Part shown: positions 7,528-15,276 of the stretch, piece after piece | Numbering within the stretch: position 1 is the stretch's first letter | Layout of the letters: each line of letters starts with the position of its first letter | Assembly: GCA_037445915.1 (NCBI GenBank) | Contig: JBBIJQ010000029.1 | Span: 1 to 15,276, forward strand | DNA from: Planctomycetales bacterium | GTDB lineage: Bacteria; 4484-113 | DNA length: 15,276 nucleotides | Direction: 5' to 3' | Notes under the pieces: generated by a model | What the model was told of the DNA's origin: nothing | Databases searched by the model: none | The model's input: only the letters and a program-made list of their open reading frames with translations | Made by a program: the position numbers and the translations under genes

Positions 7528-8394
7528 CTAGTGCTCCAAACAAAAGGTTAGGCTGAATATGAGGATGTCATCGGGCGAGGCTGCTTTTCGCAGCGCGCCG
7601 TCTAAGACACGGCTATAAATTAACGCTGGCGTTATGTAACAGTTATATCCTGCTTCAATTGGCACTTCCACGCTAATGCGTAAATCCGTGAATGCGCCGC
7701 CACGTACGCCGAAGCACGCCTCATTATTGACGGCGTCGCCCCATCCTATGCCTGCTGAAATATCAAGCGTCTTATCGCCGCCAAACGGATAGCTGTGCGA
7801 AATGGAACCATTCAAGTATGTTCCCTTAACCTTTCCGAAATCATACCAGAGAGTCGCTTTAGGATTGAGAATCCCGCCCCCGGCGACAGCAGCATATGCT
7901 TCGCTAGTTCCCGTTGCGCCGGTATGCGGGAATGCGTAATGCGCCACGCCGGCGGAAAATGATAGCTCTTCAGTTTCGCGAGTGTAGTCAAGTGTTAGGT
8001 CAACTTCGCTTAGTTCACCACCAAGACCATTGACATCGCCCAAGTCCATATTCCCCCATAAGTTCAAGCTTATCTGCTCCTGCGATATTGTGAATGAAGG
8101 CTGGTAAACCGGCCCATCGGTCAGCAAAATGCCACGCCACAAGTAACCGCTGGCGAAAGTTGCCGAATACGCATATTCAAAGCTGCCCTGTCTGTCTTTA
8201 ACATCTTCAGCAGATTCAGCTGTATCATCGCCTTTCTCGCACGAAAGGCATATCTGCTCATCCTGTTGCTGCGCTTGTATAAGCTGTCCGTCCGCTTGCG
8301 TTTGGTGCGCGGCACGCTCACCTTCGGCAAACGCATTAGAGGACAGCAGCAACAAAAAAAGGAGTGTCAACCCTATAGATTGAGCGCGTTTCAC
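7528..8394 (-). CDS. Outer-membrane beta-barrel protein, TorF/TIGR02001-like putative porin
   Basis: Signal peptide MKRAQSIGLTLLFLLLLSSNAFA from GTG 8394 (ORF track start TTG 8412); SGYLWRG, PVYQPS, LNLWGN, EVDLTLDY, HYAFP and amphipathic beta-strands. Confidence 0.75.
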   Translation of the reverse strand: MKRAQSIGLTLLFLLLLSSNAFAEGERAAHQTQADGQLIQAQQQDEQICLSCEKGDDTAESAEDVKDRQGSFEYAYSATFASGYLWRGILLTDGPVYQPSFTISQEQISLNLWGNMDLGDVNGLGGELSEVDLTLDYTRETEELSFSAGVAHYAFPHTGATGTSEAYAAVAGGGILNPKATLWYDFGKVKGTYLNGSISHSYPFGGDKTLDISAGIGWGDAVNNEACFGVRGGAFTDLRISVEVPIEAGYNCYITPALIYSRVLDGALRKAASPDDILIFSLTFCLEH

Positions 8395-8421
8395 TATTTT
8401 TCCAATATGCAAGATGGCGTT

Positions 8422-8430
8422 ATGATAACA
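8422..8430 (-). promoter_or_regulatory. Candidate extended -10 (TGTTATCAT) for the porin gene
   Basis: TG-n-TATCAT on the minus strand just upstream of the start, overlapping the palindrome GTTAT-g-ATAAC (8419-8429). Confidence 0.45.
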
Positions 8431-8713
8431 TTTCTTCTGCGCACTTCAATTACGCTGGGAGCATGTAATGAACATGTGCGCGCTCCGCACTATTTTCAAA
8501 ACGATAATACCTGGCGCGTTTATTTTCCGCGCGCTACAAAGCAGAGGGAAATTGTCTTGTTATGAATTAGGCGCAAGCTTAAAGAGTCTCCGGCAGCGAA
8601 GAATATGTGTTTTGGCAAACAATAGCTAGGCGATTAACGCGAGCCAAGCACGAGGTTTGGCTACCAAATCTGCCATAAACACTCCATATCCGCTATTGCA
8701 GCGCTGGCCCAGC

Positions 8714-10528
8714 CTACTTCTCGTTCGCCGTCTTCAACAACTCCTTATACTTTGCCAGCGGGGCTTCCAGGCTCTTGATGGACTTCGCCCAAAACTCCGG
8801 CTTTGTCGTATCCTCGCCGATACTGCGGCTGACTACATTCTCAACCGTGTCGCTGCCGGTCAGCATCAGGAATTCCTCGTATTTCGGTAGGAACGACGCG
8901 CCTTGCTCGTGGAACAGGCTGGCAAGCGCTCGCGCAAGTAAGAAGCCGAATGTGTACGGGAAGTTGTAGAAACTAACGCCGGTTATGTAGAAGTGCAGCT
9001 TGCTTGCCCAGAACATCGGGTCCTCGCCGCCATCGGACAACGCATCGCCCCAAACGCGCTTTTGCGTTTCAATCATTAGCTCTTTGAAGCGCGAAACGCT
9101 CAATTCCCCTTTCGCGCGCTCTTCATGGAACGCCTTCTCAAACTCAAAGCGAACTGTGATATCCAGTAGCAACACTGCTGCGCCGCCTAAGCTGCCGTCA
9201 AGCATCAGGAGCTTCTGCATATCGCTTATGCCCTCATCGGCAAAAACTCCTTCTGCGAGAATGTGCTCAGCAAAAATGGACGCTGTCTCGGCAAGCGTCA
9301 TAGGGTATTCCTGAGCAGCCGGACGCATATCACGCAGGATGTGGCTGTGGAAAGCATGCCCGAATTCATGCGCTAGCGTGCTGACATCGCTAAGAGAGCC
9401 GCTAAACGTCATGTAAACGCGCTGTTCTTTGGTGATAGGCGTGCCGGTGCAAAACGCTCCAGGGACCTTCCCATCGCGCGGTTCCGACTCAACCCATTTG
9501 TTATTTAGGGCTTCCTCGTAGTAAGTAGCCAGCTTCGGATAAACAGTCGCGAATGACTTCGCAACAAGTTTCGTTCCATCTTCCCATGAAAAGCGCGAGC
9601 TGTCTTTGAGCGGCAGCGGGGCTTCCCGTTCAAACCAACGGATGCCTTTGCTTCCTAAGAAGCTCGCCTTAGCGCGGACTATTTCGCGTGCGATGTCTAT
9701 GTTATCGTAAATAGCCTGATACATCGCATCCAACGAATCTCTCCCGATGGACGCTTGGAGAAGCGATTGGTAAAGGAAATGGTCAATGCCGCGGTGCTTG
9801 TTGAGCGTCAGGCGCGTGCCGGCGATGGAGTTCAGCGCAGCTGCGCACACATCCTCAATCCCTTCCCATGCGCGGTTGCCGCCCTCAAACGCTGCCTTTC
9901 CAACCTCACGGTCAACGTCCGACATTAGCGAGCGCCACTGCGAAATGGGCAAAATCTCCTTTTTGCCGCCGGGGAAGTTCATCTCAAACTTGAGCTTGCT
10001 GGAAACGGTATCGTAAAGCCTGCCCCAGGCGTGGAAGCCGTCAAGGTTCAGGTCCGACGCCAACCGCTCTTCTGCGCGCGACATCGTGTGCAAGGCTTTT
10101 TCGCGCACCTTGCGGATAGAGTGCGCAACTGGCAAAAGTTGCTCGCGCGCAATGAAAGCTTCAAAGTCGGCATCAGTTGTGGACTTTAGCGCGTGCAAAA
10201 CATCCACTTCAAACTTCTCAAATTCGGCTGCGAGGCTATAAAGCTGGGCATATTCCTGCGCATAAACCTCATTGCGCGCATCTGCCGAACGCAGGCAATG
10301 GACATAGGAAAATATGTGGGTTAACCTCGCGCCAAGGTCTTCGGCCTTGAGGAATACCTGCTCCCACCTATCGGCTGTTTCACTTGAAAGCGCGCCGATG
10401 CCGGCGGCTAGGGCCTGAATATCCCTCACCTCATCGGCAAGCGCGCATTTGAACTCTTGCATCTCCGGCCCGTTAAACACGGGGAAGTAGCTGGTTAGGT
10501 CCCAGTTAGCGCCATTAGCTTTAGACAT
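8714..10528 (-). CDS. pepF: Oligoendopeptidase F, peptidase family M3B
   Basis: 604 aa; N-terminal WDL, GKVPGAFC, TLAHEFGHAFH zinc motif, LAETASIFAE third ligand, HFY...FYNFPYTFG; SD AGGAG upstream. Confidence 0.93.
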   Translation of the reverse strand: MSKANGANWDLTSYFPVFNGPEMQEFKCALADEVRDIQALAAGIGALSSETADRWEQVFLKAEDLGARLTHIFSYVHCLRSADARNEVYAQEYAQLYSLAAEFEKFEVDVLHALKSTTDADFEAFIAREQLLPVAHSIRKVREKALHTMSRAEERLASDLNLDGFHAWGRLYDTVSSKLKFEMNFPGGKKEILPISQWRSLMSDVDREVGKAAFEGGNRAWEGIEDVCAAALNSIAGTRLTLNKHRGIDHFLYQSLLQASIGRDSLDAMYQAIYDNIDIAREIVRAKASFLGSKGIRWFEREAPLPLKDSSRFSWEDGTKLVAKSFATVYPKLATYYEEALNNKWVESEPRDGKVPGAFCTGTPITKEQRVYMTFSGSLSDVSTLAHEFGHAFHSHILRDMRPAAQEYPMTLAETASIFAEHILAEGVFADEGISDMQKLLMLDGSLGGAAVLLLDITVRFEFEKAFHEERAKGELSVSRFKELMIETQKRVWGDALSDGGEDPMFWASKLHFYITGVSFYNFPYTFGFLLARALASLFHEQGASFLPKYEEFLMLTGSDTVENVVSRSIGEDTTKPEFWAKSIKSLEAPLAKYKELLKTANEK

Positions 10529-10591
10529 CTCGGTCTCCTAGATATGGGTTGTCGCGCGCCTTTGCATCTGCTTTTTGGCGCAAGAGCCGAA

Positions 10592-10620
10592 ATTGTAGAC
10601 TATGCGCCCTAGGCTGGCAA
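10592..10620 (-). promoter_or_regulatory. Sigma70-type promoter of pepF
   Basis: TTGCCA (10620-10615), 17-nt spacer, TACAAT (10597-10592) on the minus strand. Confidence 0.7.
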
Positions 10621-10632
10621 GCGCAATGGTAT

Positions 10633-12441
10633 CTACCCGCGCAGCCACAACGAAGTAAACAAGTATGTCCATAAGGTTTTATGAATGTGCGTATCAATCC
10701 TGACTCCTGTGGTCACCATCCGCAATCCCCTCCGCATCAGGCGCATGTCTATTAGCTCATTAAGCGGATTTTCCTGCGAATTAAGCTCGCCATTCAGCTC
10801 GGCAAGGGCTGTCTTGCTTTCCAGCAGGCTTTGATTACTGGGGGAAAACCCGGTTTTAGGCTGGGTGAGTATATCCTCGCTGAAAAACCGCGCAATAAAG
10901 CGGGTGAGTATCGGCTTAGACGCGCCGCAGGAGTATTTTACTTGCGGACGGATGGATAGGGCAGCGCGCATTACGCGGCGGCTCATGAACGGCAAGAGCG
11001 CGACAATGCCACAAGCCAATAAGGGAAGCGCTCCTTTTGGGGCGACTTGACGGGCAGAGCGGTGGAATGTGCCTAGTATTTCACGCGGCTGAATGGCCGC
11101 AGTCTCGTGGTCAAATACAGAAAACACATAACGCTCATATAGCTCGCGGAAAAGCAGCTTTTCCTGAGAAGTAAGCCTCGTTACCATTCCAGAAAACGGC
11201 AGCTTCATCGCCGCCGCGCTATATGGAAACACTTGATGGTTGGCGCGCCAGAGCGTGCGCAAAACGTATTCGGCGCGATTTTGCCGCTGCCAGCACCCTG
11301 ATTCGTATATGGATGCTGAAGCCTGCAGAATAAGCTTAGGCAGCGAATGCAGCCTATGCCAAAGCTGGTTCTGGGCCGATATTGCCAAAAGGCTGTCTGC
11401 TGATGTGCCATCCCAAATTAACGCTTCGGGCCGGGCAATGCGGCTAATCGCTTTAGCTAGGTGAAAAGATGTTATCGCGCCTAAGTCTCCAAATGGATAG
11501 CTGTAGGCTTTCCCAATACTCTCTAACATCTCGCTGTCATCCCTTTGGCTGCTGTCTATAATCTCTATCGGAAACCCTAAGTCAGCAGCCATCTCCCTAG
11601 CGCGCCTAGTTTCGCTTCCATTTTCGTCAAAAGCATAATGCGCCAAAACGCACTTAGCCCCAAGTTCTTTGATCCGGCAAGCAATGTAGGCTGAATCTAT
11701 GCCGCCGCTGAAACTGACTATGTTGTCCTTCCCGCGCGAAAGGGCGATAACTTCGCTGGAAACTATAGCCATCGCCTCCGAGCAATTGGCTAAGTCATCT
11801 TCCCTTGATAAGCTGGTGTCTTTACCAATAAGCATTGCACTTAGCTCTGGCTCTGCTTGGGGCGACTTCACATACATGCTATGCAGCGCAGGCAAGGATG
11901 TTATTCCCTTGAAGGGGCTTAACAAAGGAGGCATGCTTTGATACGCTAACAATAGCCGGATAGCCGTTTCGTCAAGCTGAGGCTGAAATACCCGCCGAAG
12001 GCAATGTAAATCGCTGGAGACAACAAATGCCCCATTTTGGCTGCCGTACCAAAGCTGAAGATAGGAAAGCTCATCTAAAGATACCCGCAATGTGCCGTCT
12101 GAGATCCTATAAATGAGAGTGTAGTATTCGCAGATTGGCTCCGCCTTGACGGTTTCTCCGCAAGCCATTCCTCGCCCTATAACAACTTGGGTGCCGTCTG
12201 GACCGAACGATATCTTTACGAAAGACGCATCGTCCACGCTTACTGTGCTCAAGTCCGCGCTTGTAACAAGCCAGAATCTATGTCCGTTGGGCGAAGACAC
12301 CGACAACTGGTATGACTTGATGCCTTTTTCGCTAAAGTGAAGCCTGGCTACTTTTACCTCTTCCGGCTCATAGCGCGTACTGTAAAATGCGCAGGCAAAA
12401 GCGCTTATGTGGCTACCACTATCTGGATTGTTGAAAGACAT
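10633..12441 (-). CDS. Asparagine synthetase B-like ATP-dependent amide-forming enzyme with degenerate glutaminase domain
   Basis: PP-loop SFSGGIDS, DGTSADSL (compare SGEGADEL), LPFM...ALSI...K...KPIL and PKTGF at the C-terminus; AsnB-like Ntn remnants (LWYG...FVVSSDL, PFKGITSLP) but no N-terminal Cys. Confidence 0.85.
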   Translation of the reverse strand: MSFNNPDSGSHISAFACAFYSTRYEPEEVKVARLHFSEKGIKSYQLSVSSPNGHRFWLVTSADLSTVSVDDASFVKISFGPDGTQVVIGRGMACGETVKAEPICEYYTLIYRISDGTLRVSLDELSYLQLWYGSQNGAFVVSSDLHCLRRVFQPQLDETAIRLLLAYQSMPPLLSPFKGITSLPALHSMYVKSPQAEPELSAMLIGKDTSLSREDDLANCSEAMAIVSSEVIALSRGKDNIVSFSGGIDSAYIACRIKELGAKCVLAHYAFDENGSETRRAREMAADLGFPIEIIDSSQRDDSEMLESIGKAYSYPFGDLGAITSFHLAKAISRIARPEALIWDGTSADSLLAISAQNQLWHRLHSLPKLILQASASIYESGCWQRQNRAEYVLRTLWRANHQVFPYSAAAMKLPFSGMVTRLTSQEKLLFRELYERYVFSVFDHETAAIQPREILGTFHRSARQVAPKGALPLLACGIVALLPFMSRRVMRAALSIRPQVKYSCGASKPILTRFIARFFSEDILTQPKTGFSPSNQSLLESKTALAELNGELNSQENPLNELIDMRLMRRGLRMVTTGVRIDTHIHKTLWTYLFTSLWLRG

Positions 12442-12451
12442 AGTTAATACT

Positions 12452-12523
12452 TAGCCCCAACGGGACTCGAACCCGTGTTTTCACCTTGAAAGAGTGATGT
12501 CCTAACCTCTAGACGATAGGGCC
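12452..12523 (-). tRNA. tRNA-Glu (anticodon UUC), CCA not encoded
   Basis: Cloverleaf: acceptor GGCCCTA/TGGGGCT, anticodon arm TCACT-CTTTCAA-GGTGA, T arm ACGGG-TTCGAGT-CCCGT, discriminator A. Confidence 0.95.
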
Positions 12524-12528
12524 GTACA

Positions 12529-12600
12529 TGAGCCATGAAGGAGTCGAACCTTCGACACTCGGATTAAAAGTCCGATGCTCTTCCGCTGAGCTAATGGCCC
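12529..12600 (-). tRNA. tRNA-Lys (anticodon UUU), CCA not encoded
   Basis: Acceptor GGGCCAT/ATGGCTC, D arm GCTC/GAGC, anticodon arm TCGGA-CTTTTAA-TCCGA, T arm GAAGG-TTCGACT-CCTTC. Confidence 0.95.
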
Positions 12601-12645
12601 GCAATCCGCCGGCCACCAGCCGGTCCGGTCCGTAACCGAATGCGC

Positions 12646-12674
12646 AATATAAACCGGCTGCTCCGGCGTGTCAA
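12646..12674 (-). promoter_or_regulatory. Strong sigma70 promoter of the tRNA-Lys/tRNA-Glu operon
   Basis: TTGACA (12674-12669), 17-nt spacer, TATATT (12651-12646), then a GC-rich discriminator GCGCA as in stable-RNA promoters. Confidence 0.85.
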
Positions 12675-12726
12675 GGTTCAAGCGGTTGCGCGCTAACCTA
12701 TAATTTTACATGATGCTTCGGCTTTC

Positions 12727-12735
12727 TGGTAGAAT
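12727..12735 (+). promoter_or_regulatory. Extended -10 (TGGTAGAAT) of pyrH, leaderless geometry
   Basis: TG-n-TAGAAT 6 nt before GTG 12742; no SD sequence; a second TATAAT lies at 12699-12704. Confidence 0.7.
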
Positions 12736-12741
12736 AGCGCT

Positions 12742-13464
12742 GTGGTTTACCGGCGCATTCTGGTAAAGCTATCTGGAGAGTCCCTTCACGGGCCGATTGA
12801 ATCAGGTATTCATCGCCCTACCCTAACCGCTTTCGCAAACGAAATCATCTCCGCGCAAGAGCTAGGGGCGCAAGTGGCTGTGCTCGTTGGCGGGGGTAAC
12901 CTCTTTCGCGGGGAGTCGCTAACGGGAGACGGATATGTGCGAGTGACCGGCGACCAGATAGGCATGCTTTCCACCGTCATCAACGGCCTTGCGCTTCAAG
13001 ATGTGCTGGAATCTATTGGCGCAGAAACACGGCTTATGACTTCGGTAAAGATGGACGAGGTTGCTGAGCCCTACATACGCCGCCGCGCAATCCGCCACCT
13101 TGAGCGGGGGCGCATCGTTATTCTTGTAGGCGGGATGGGCCGGCCTTACTTTTCTACGGACACAGCTGCGGTGCAGCGCGCGCTAGAGATTGGGGCTGAC
13201 GTCGTGCTGAAAGGAACGCGCGTTGAGGGCGCATACGACAAAGACCCGGAACAACACCAAGATGCGAAGCTCTATGACTGCATAAGCTTTACCCGCGCCT
13301 TGGGCGAAGACCTGCGCGTGCTAGACCCGACCGCGTTCGCATTGTGCCGCGATAACGGGCTGTCCCTCATTGTTTTGAACATCCACAATATAGGGGCGCT
13401 GGCGGCAGCGGTTCGCGGGGAGCCTGTTGGCACGCTAGTGAACGTTTCAGGTTCGCGGGGCTGA
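12742..13464 (+). CDS. pyrH: Uridylate kinase
   Basis: YRRILVKLSGE, VGGGNLFRG, GDQIGMLSTVING, EPYIRRRAIRHLE, PYFSTDTAA, YDKDP. Confidence 0.96.
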   Translation: MVYRRILVKLSGESLHGPIESGIHRPTLTAFANEIISAQELGAQVAVLVGGGNLFRGESLTGDGYVRVTGDQIGMLSTVINGLALQDVLESIGAETRLMTSVKMDEVAEPYIRRRAIRHLERGRIVILVGGMGRPYFSTDTAAVQRALEIGADVVLKGTRVEGAYDKDPEQHQDAKLYDCISFTRALGEDLRVLDPTAFALCRDNGLSLIVLNIHNIGALAAAVRGEPVGTLVNVSGSRG

Positions 13465-13535
13465 AGCTATGCGTTATTGAAAGCGCCGGCGGAAAATGAT
13501 AACCGGCTGTCGGCGCCAGCGGAGGTGAACACATA

Positions 13536-15276
13536 GTGAATCCAAAAAGTGAACGGCCAAAGGCTGCACGCCTGAAAGCGATCAATGCACAGATTTTCTT
13601 TATCCCTATCCTTTACTACATATTTAGCATCGTTTGGATTACGACTACCGACAAAATTGTCGCCGGCATGGCTACGACGCAACATGAAATGATGCTGCTT
13701 TCAATATTTAAAGGCGGGTTATACGTATTCCTCACTTCCGTGCTAATAGCAGGCATTCTTATCATTGCAGCGCGCCGCCAGCACATTGCAGATCAAAAGC
13801 AAAGGAAAACCGACGCCCTGATGCGGGCGCTGGTTGAGAACTCGCCAGATATAATTGCTTGCTACGGAAAAGACCTTAAATACTTGTATGTAAGCCCATC
13901 CATAATCGCGCTGGGCGGGCTAAGCGCCCAAGACTGCATCGGCAAAACAAACCGCGAGCTCGGCCTATTCCCCGCCTCCCAGCAAGACTTGGAAGAACTA
14001 ATCCGGCGCGTGTTAGACACAGGAACCCCTATCCATACAACTTATGAGACTATAAGCGTATTAGGGCAAATCAGCCTTGACGTCAGGCTGATACCAGAGT
14101 ATGGCTCTGATGGGTCGGTGATTTCGGTGTTTAGCATTGCGCGCGATACTACGGAGATTGTTCAAGCCGAGAATTCGCTTCGGGCAAGCGAGGAGCGCTA
14201 CCGAGAGCTAGTTGAGAACTCCCAAGATGCCATAGCCATCTATCAAGATGGAGTATACGTTTATGCGAATCCCGCTTCTGCCCGTTTGCTTGGGTATTCT
14301 AATTCCTCGGAGATTGAGGGCAAGACCTTAGACGACTTGATTGCGCCTGAAGACCTGGCCCTAGTTATGGAGTACAACGAGCGGAGGACGCGCGCTCAGG
14401 ACGCGCCATCTGTATATGAGGTTCGTATGCTACGGCGTGACGGCGCTGTTACATGGGTTCAAATGTCAGCCTCATTGCGCGAGTATATGAATAAGCCCGC
14501 AGTGCAGGTAGCGTATTACAGCATTGACGAGCGAAAAAAAGGCCGAAGAAGCGCTTAAGGTTCGGGAAGCAATGCTGCACGGCATCTTCGCCGCCGCCCC
14601 TATCGGCATTGGTATAGTTAAAAATAGGATTCTTGGTTGGACAAACACCGCACTCCAGGAGATGCTCGGATACTCCGGTGATGAGCTAAACGGAAAGAGC
14701 GCACGAGTGCTTTACGAAAGCGACAAGGAGTTTGCGCGGGTTGCCGAGGAAAAGCACCCCTTAGTTGAAAGAGAAGGTGTCGGACGGATTGAAACCCGGT
14801 TCATAGCGAAGTCAGGGAAGAAGCTGGATGTCCTGCTAAGCTCAGCCCCGATGATTCCAGGCCTGATCGCAGAAGGGCTAGTTTTTACGGCAATGGATAT
14901 TACTGAGCGGAAGCGCTTCGAGCAGGCGCTGAAGGAGAGTGAGGAAAGGGAACGCCTTAAAGCAAGGGAGTTTGAAGCGGTACTGGAAGCAGCGCCGATA
15001 GCCGTGTTCATCGCGCATGATGCGAACTGCGAATACATGACAGGGAACCAGGCAGCTTACGACTTAGTTGGCGTCAGGCCGGATGAGAACCCATCCAAGT
15101 CTGCCCCTGCGAACGAACACCCGTCCTACCGCACGCTTAAAGATGGAGTTGAGCTTGAGCCAGAACAACTTCCTATGCAGATTGCGGCATCTACGGGTAA
15201 GGCTGTTTTCGGCTCGTCACTGACCATAATTAGGGCTGACGGCTCAGAGCGCCATTTGCTGGGTAACGCTGTTCCC
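13536..15276 (+). pseudogene. Membrane-anchored multi-PAS sensor (probable histidine kinase or diguanylate cyclase), frameshifted at A7 14534-14540 and running off the window end
   Basis: GGAGGT SD at 13521-13526; two TM helices, PAS1 (ALVENSPD...IARDTTE) and PAS2 (LVENSQD...SIDERK). The +1 frame from 14542 reads AEEALKVREAMLHGIFAAAPIGI...AMDITERKRFEQAL...EAVLEAAPIAV (PAS3, PAS4) and stays open to 15276. May be an intact gene with a sequencing error. Confidence 0.8.

Noticed and set aside
8266..8565. 99-aa + strand ORF, and the other short or antisense ORFs in the track (for example 222-659, 2592-3020, 4039-4494, 14712-15038)
   Set aside because: They overlap well-supported genes, lack SD sequences or recognisable motifs, and are expected shadow ORFs in GC-rich DNA
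11652..11663. 12-bp direct repeat ACTTAGCCCCAA matching the tRNA-Glu 3' end (12449-12460), suggestive of an att site
   Set aside because: It lies mid-ORF within the intact AsnB-like coding sequence, is short, and no integrase is present; probably coincidental
8714..12441. Lasso-peptide cluster formed by the AsnB-like gene plus the peptidase
   Set aside because: No precursor, RRE or B2 protease is seen; the peptidase is an M3B PepF with its own promoter, not an S9 isopeptidase
13483..13516. GC-rich hairpin between pyrH and the PAS gene
   Set aside because: Large loop, G-U pairs and no U-tract on the + strand; no function can be supported
14533..14541. Programmed -1 ribosomal frameshift at an A-AAA-AAG-like slippery site
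   Set aside because: The downstream PAS frame requires a +1 shift, so a -1 slip would enter the wrong frame
1..15276. CRISPR array, prophage or anti-phage defence system
   Set aside because: No regularly spaced repeats and no nuclease, integrase or phage structural motifs were recognised

Overview
Bacterial chromosomal window, probably from a diderm lineage since it encodes an outer-membrane-type beta-barrel. It is a mosaic of housekeeping genes separated from their usual operons (ribH, purQ, mtnA, nadA, pepF, pyrH), a tRNA-Lys(UUU)/tRNA-Glu(UUC) pair without encoded CCA, and several poorly characterised genes. The best candidate for an undescribed system is a tightly coupled four-gene operon at 2062-6523: mtnA, a small TIM-barrel protein, a DUF4127-family protein and an FAD-dependent oxidoreductase. 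Other points of note: purQ, nadA and pyrH appear to be leaderless; an asparagine-synthetase-like enzyme lacking the glutaminase Cys starts 10 nt after the tRNA-Glu 3' end; there is a membrane-anchored HTH protein; and a multi-PAS sensor is split by one extra A in an A7 run. I saw no CRISPR array, integrase or complete mobile element. All family calls come from motif recognition by eye, not from database searches.
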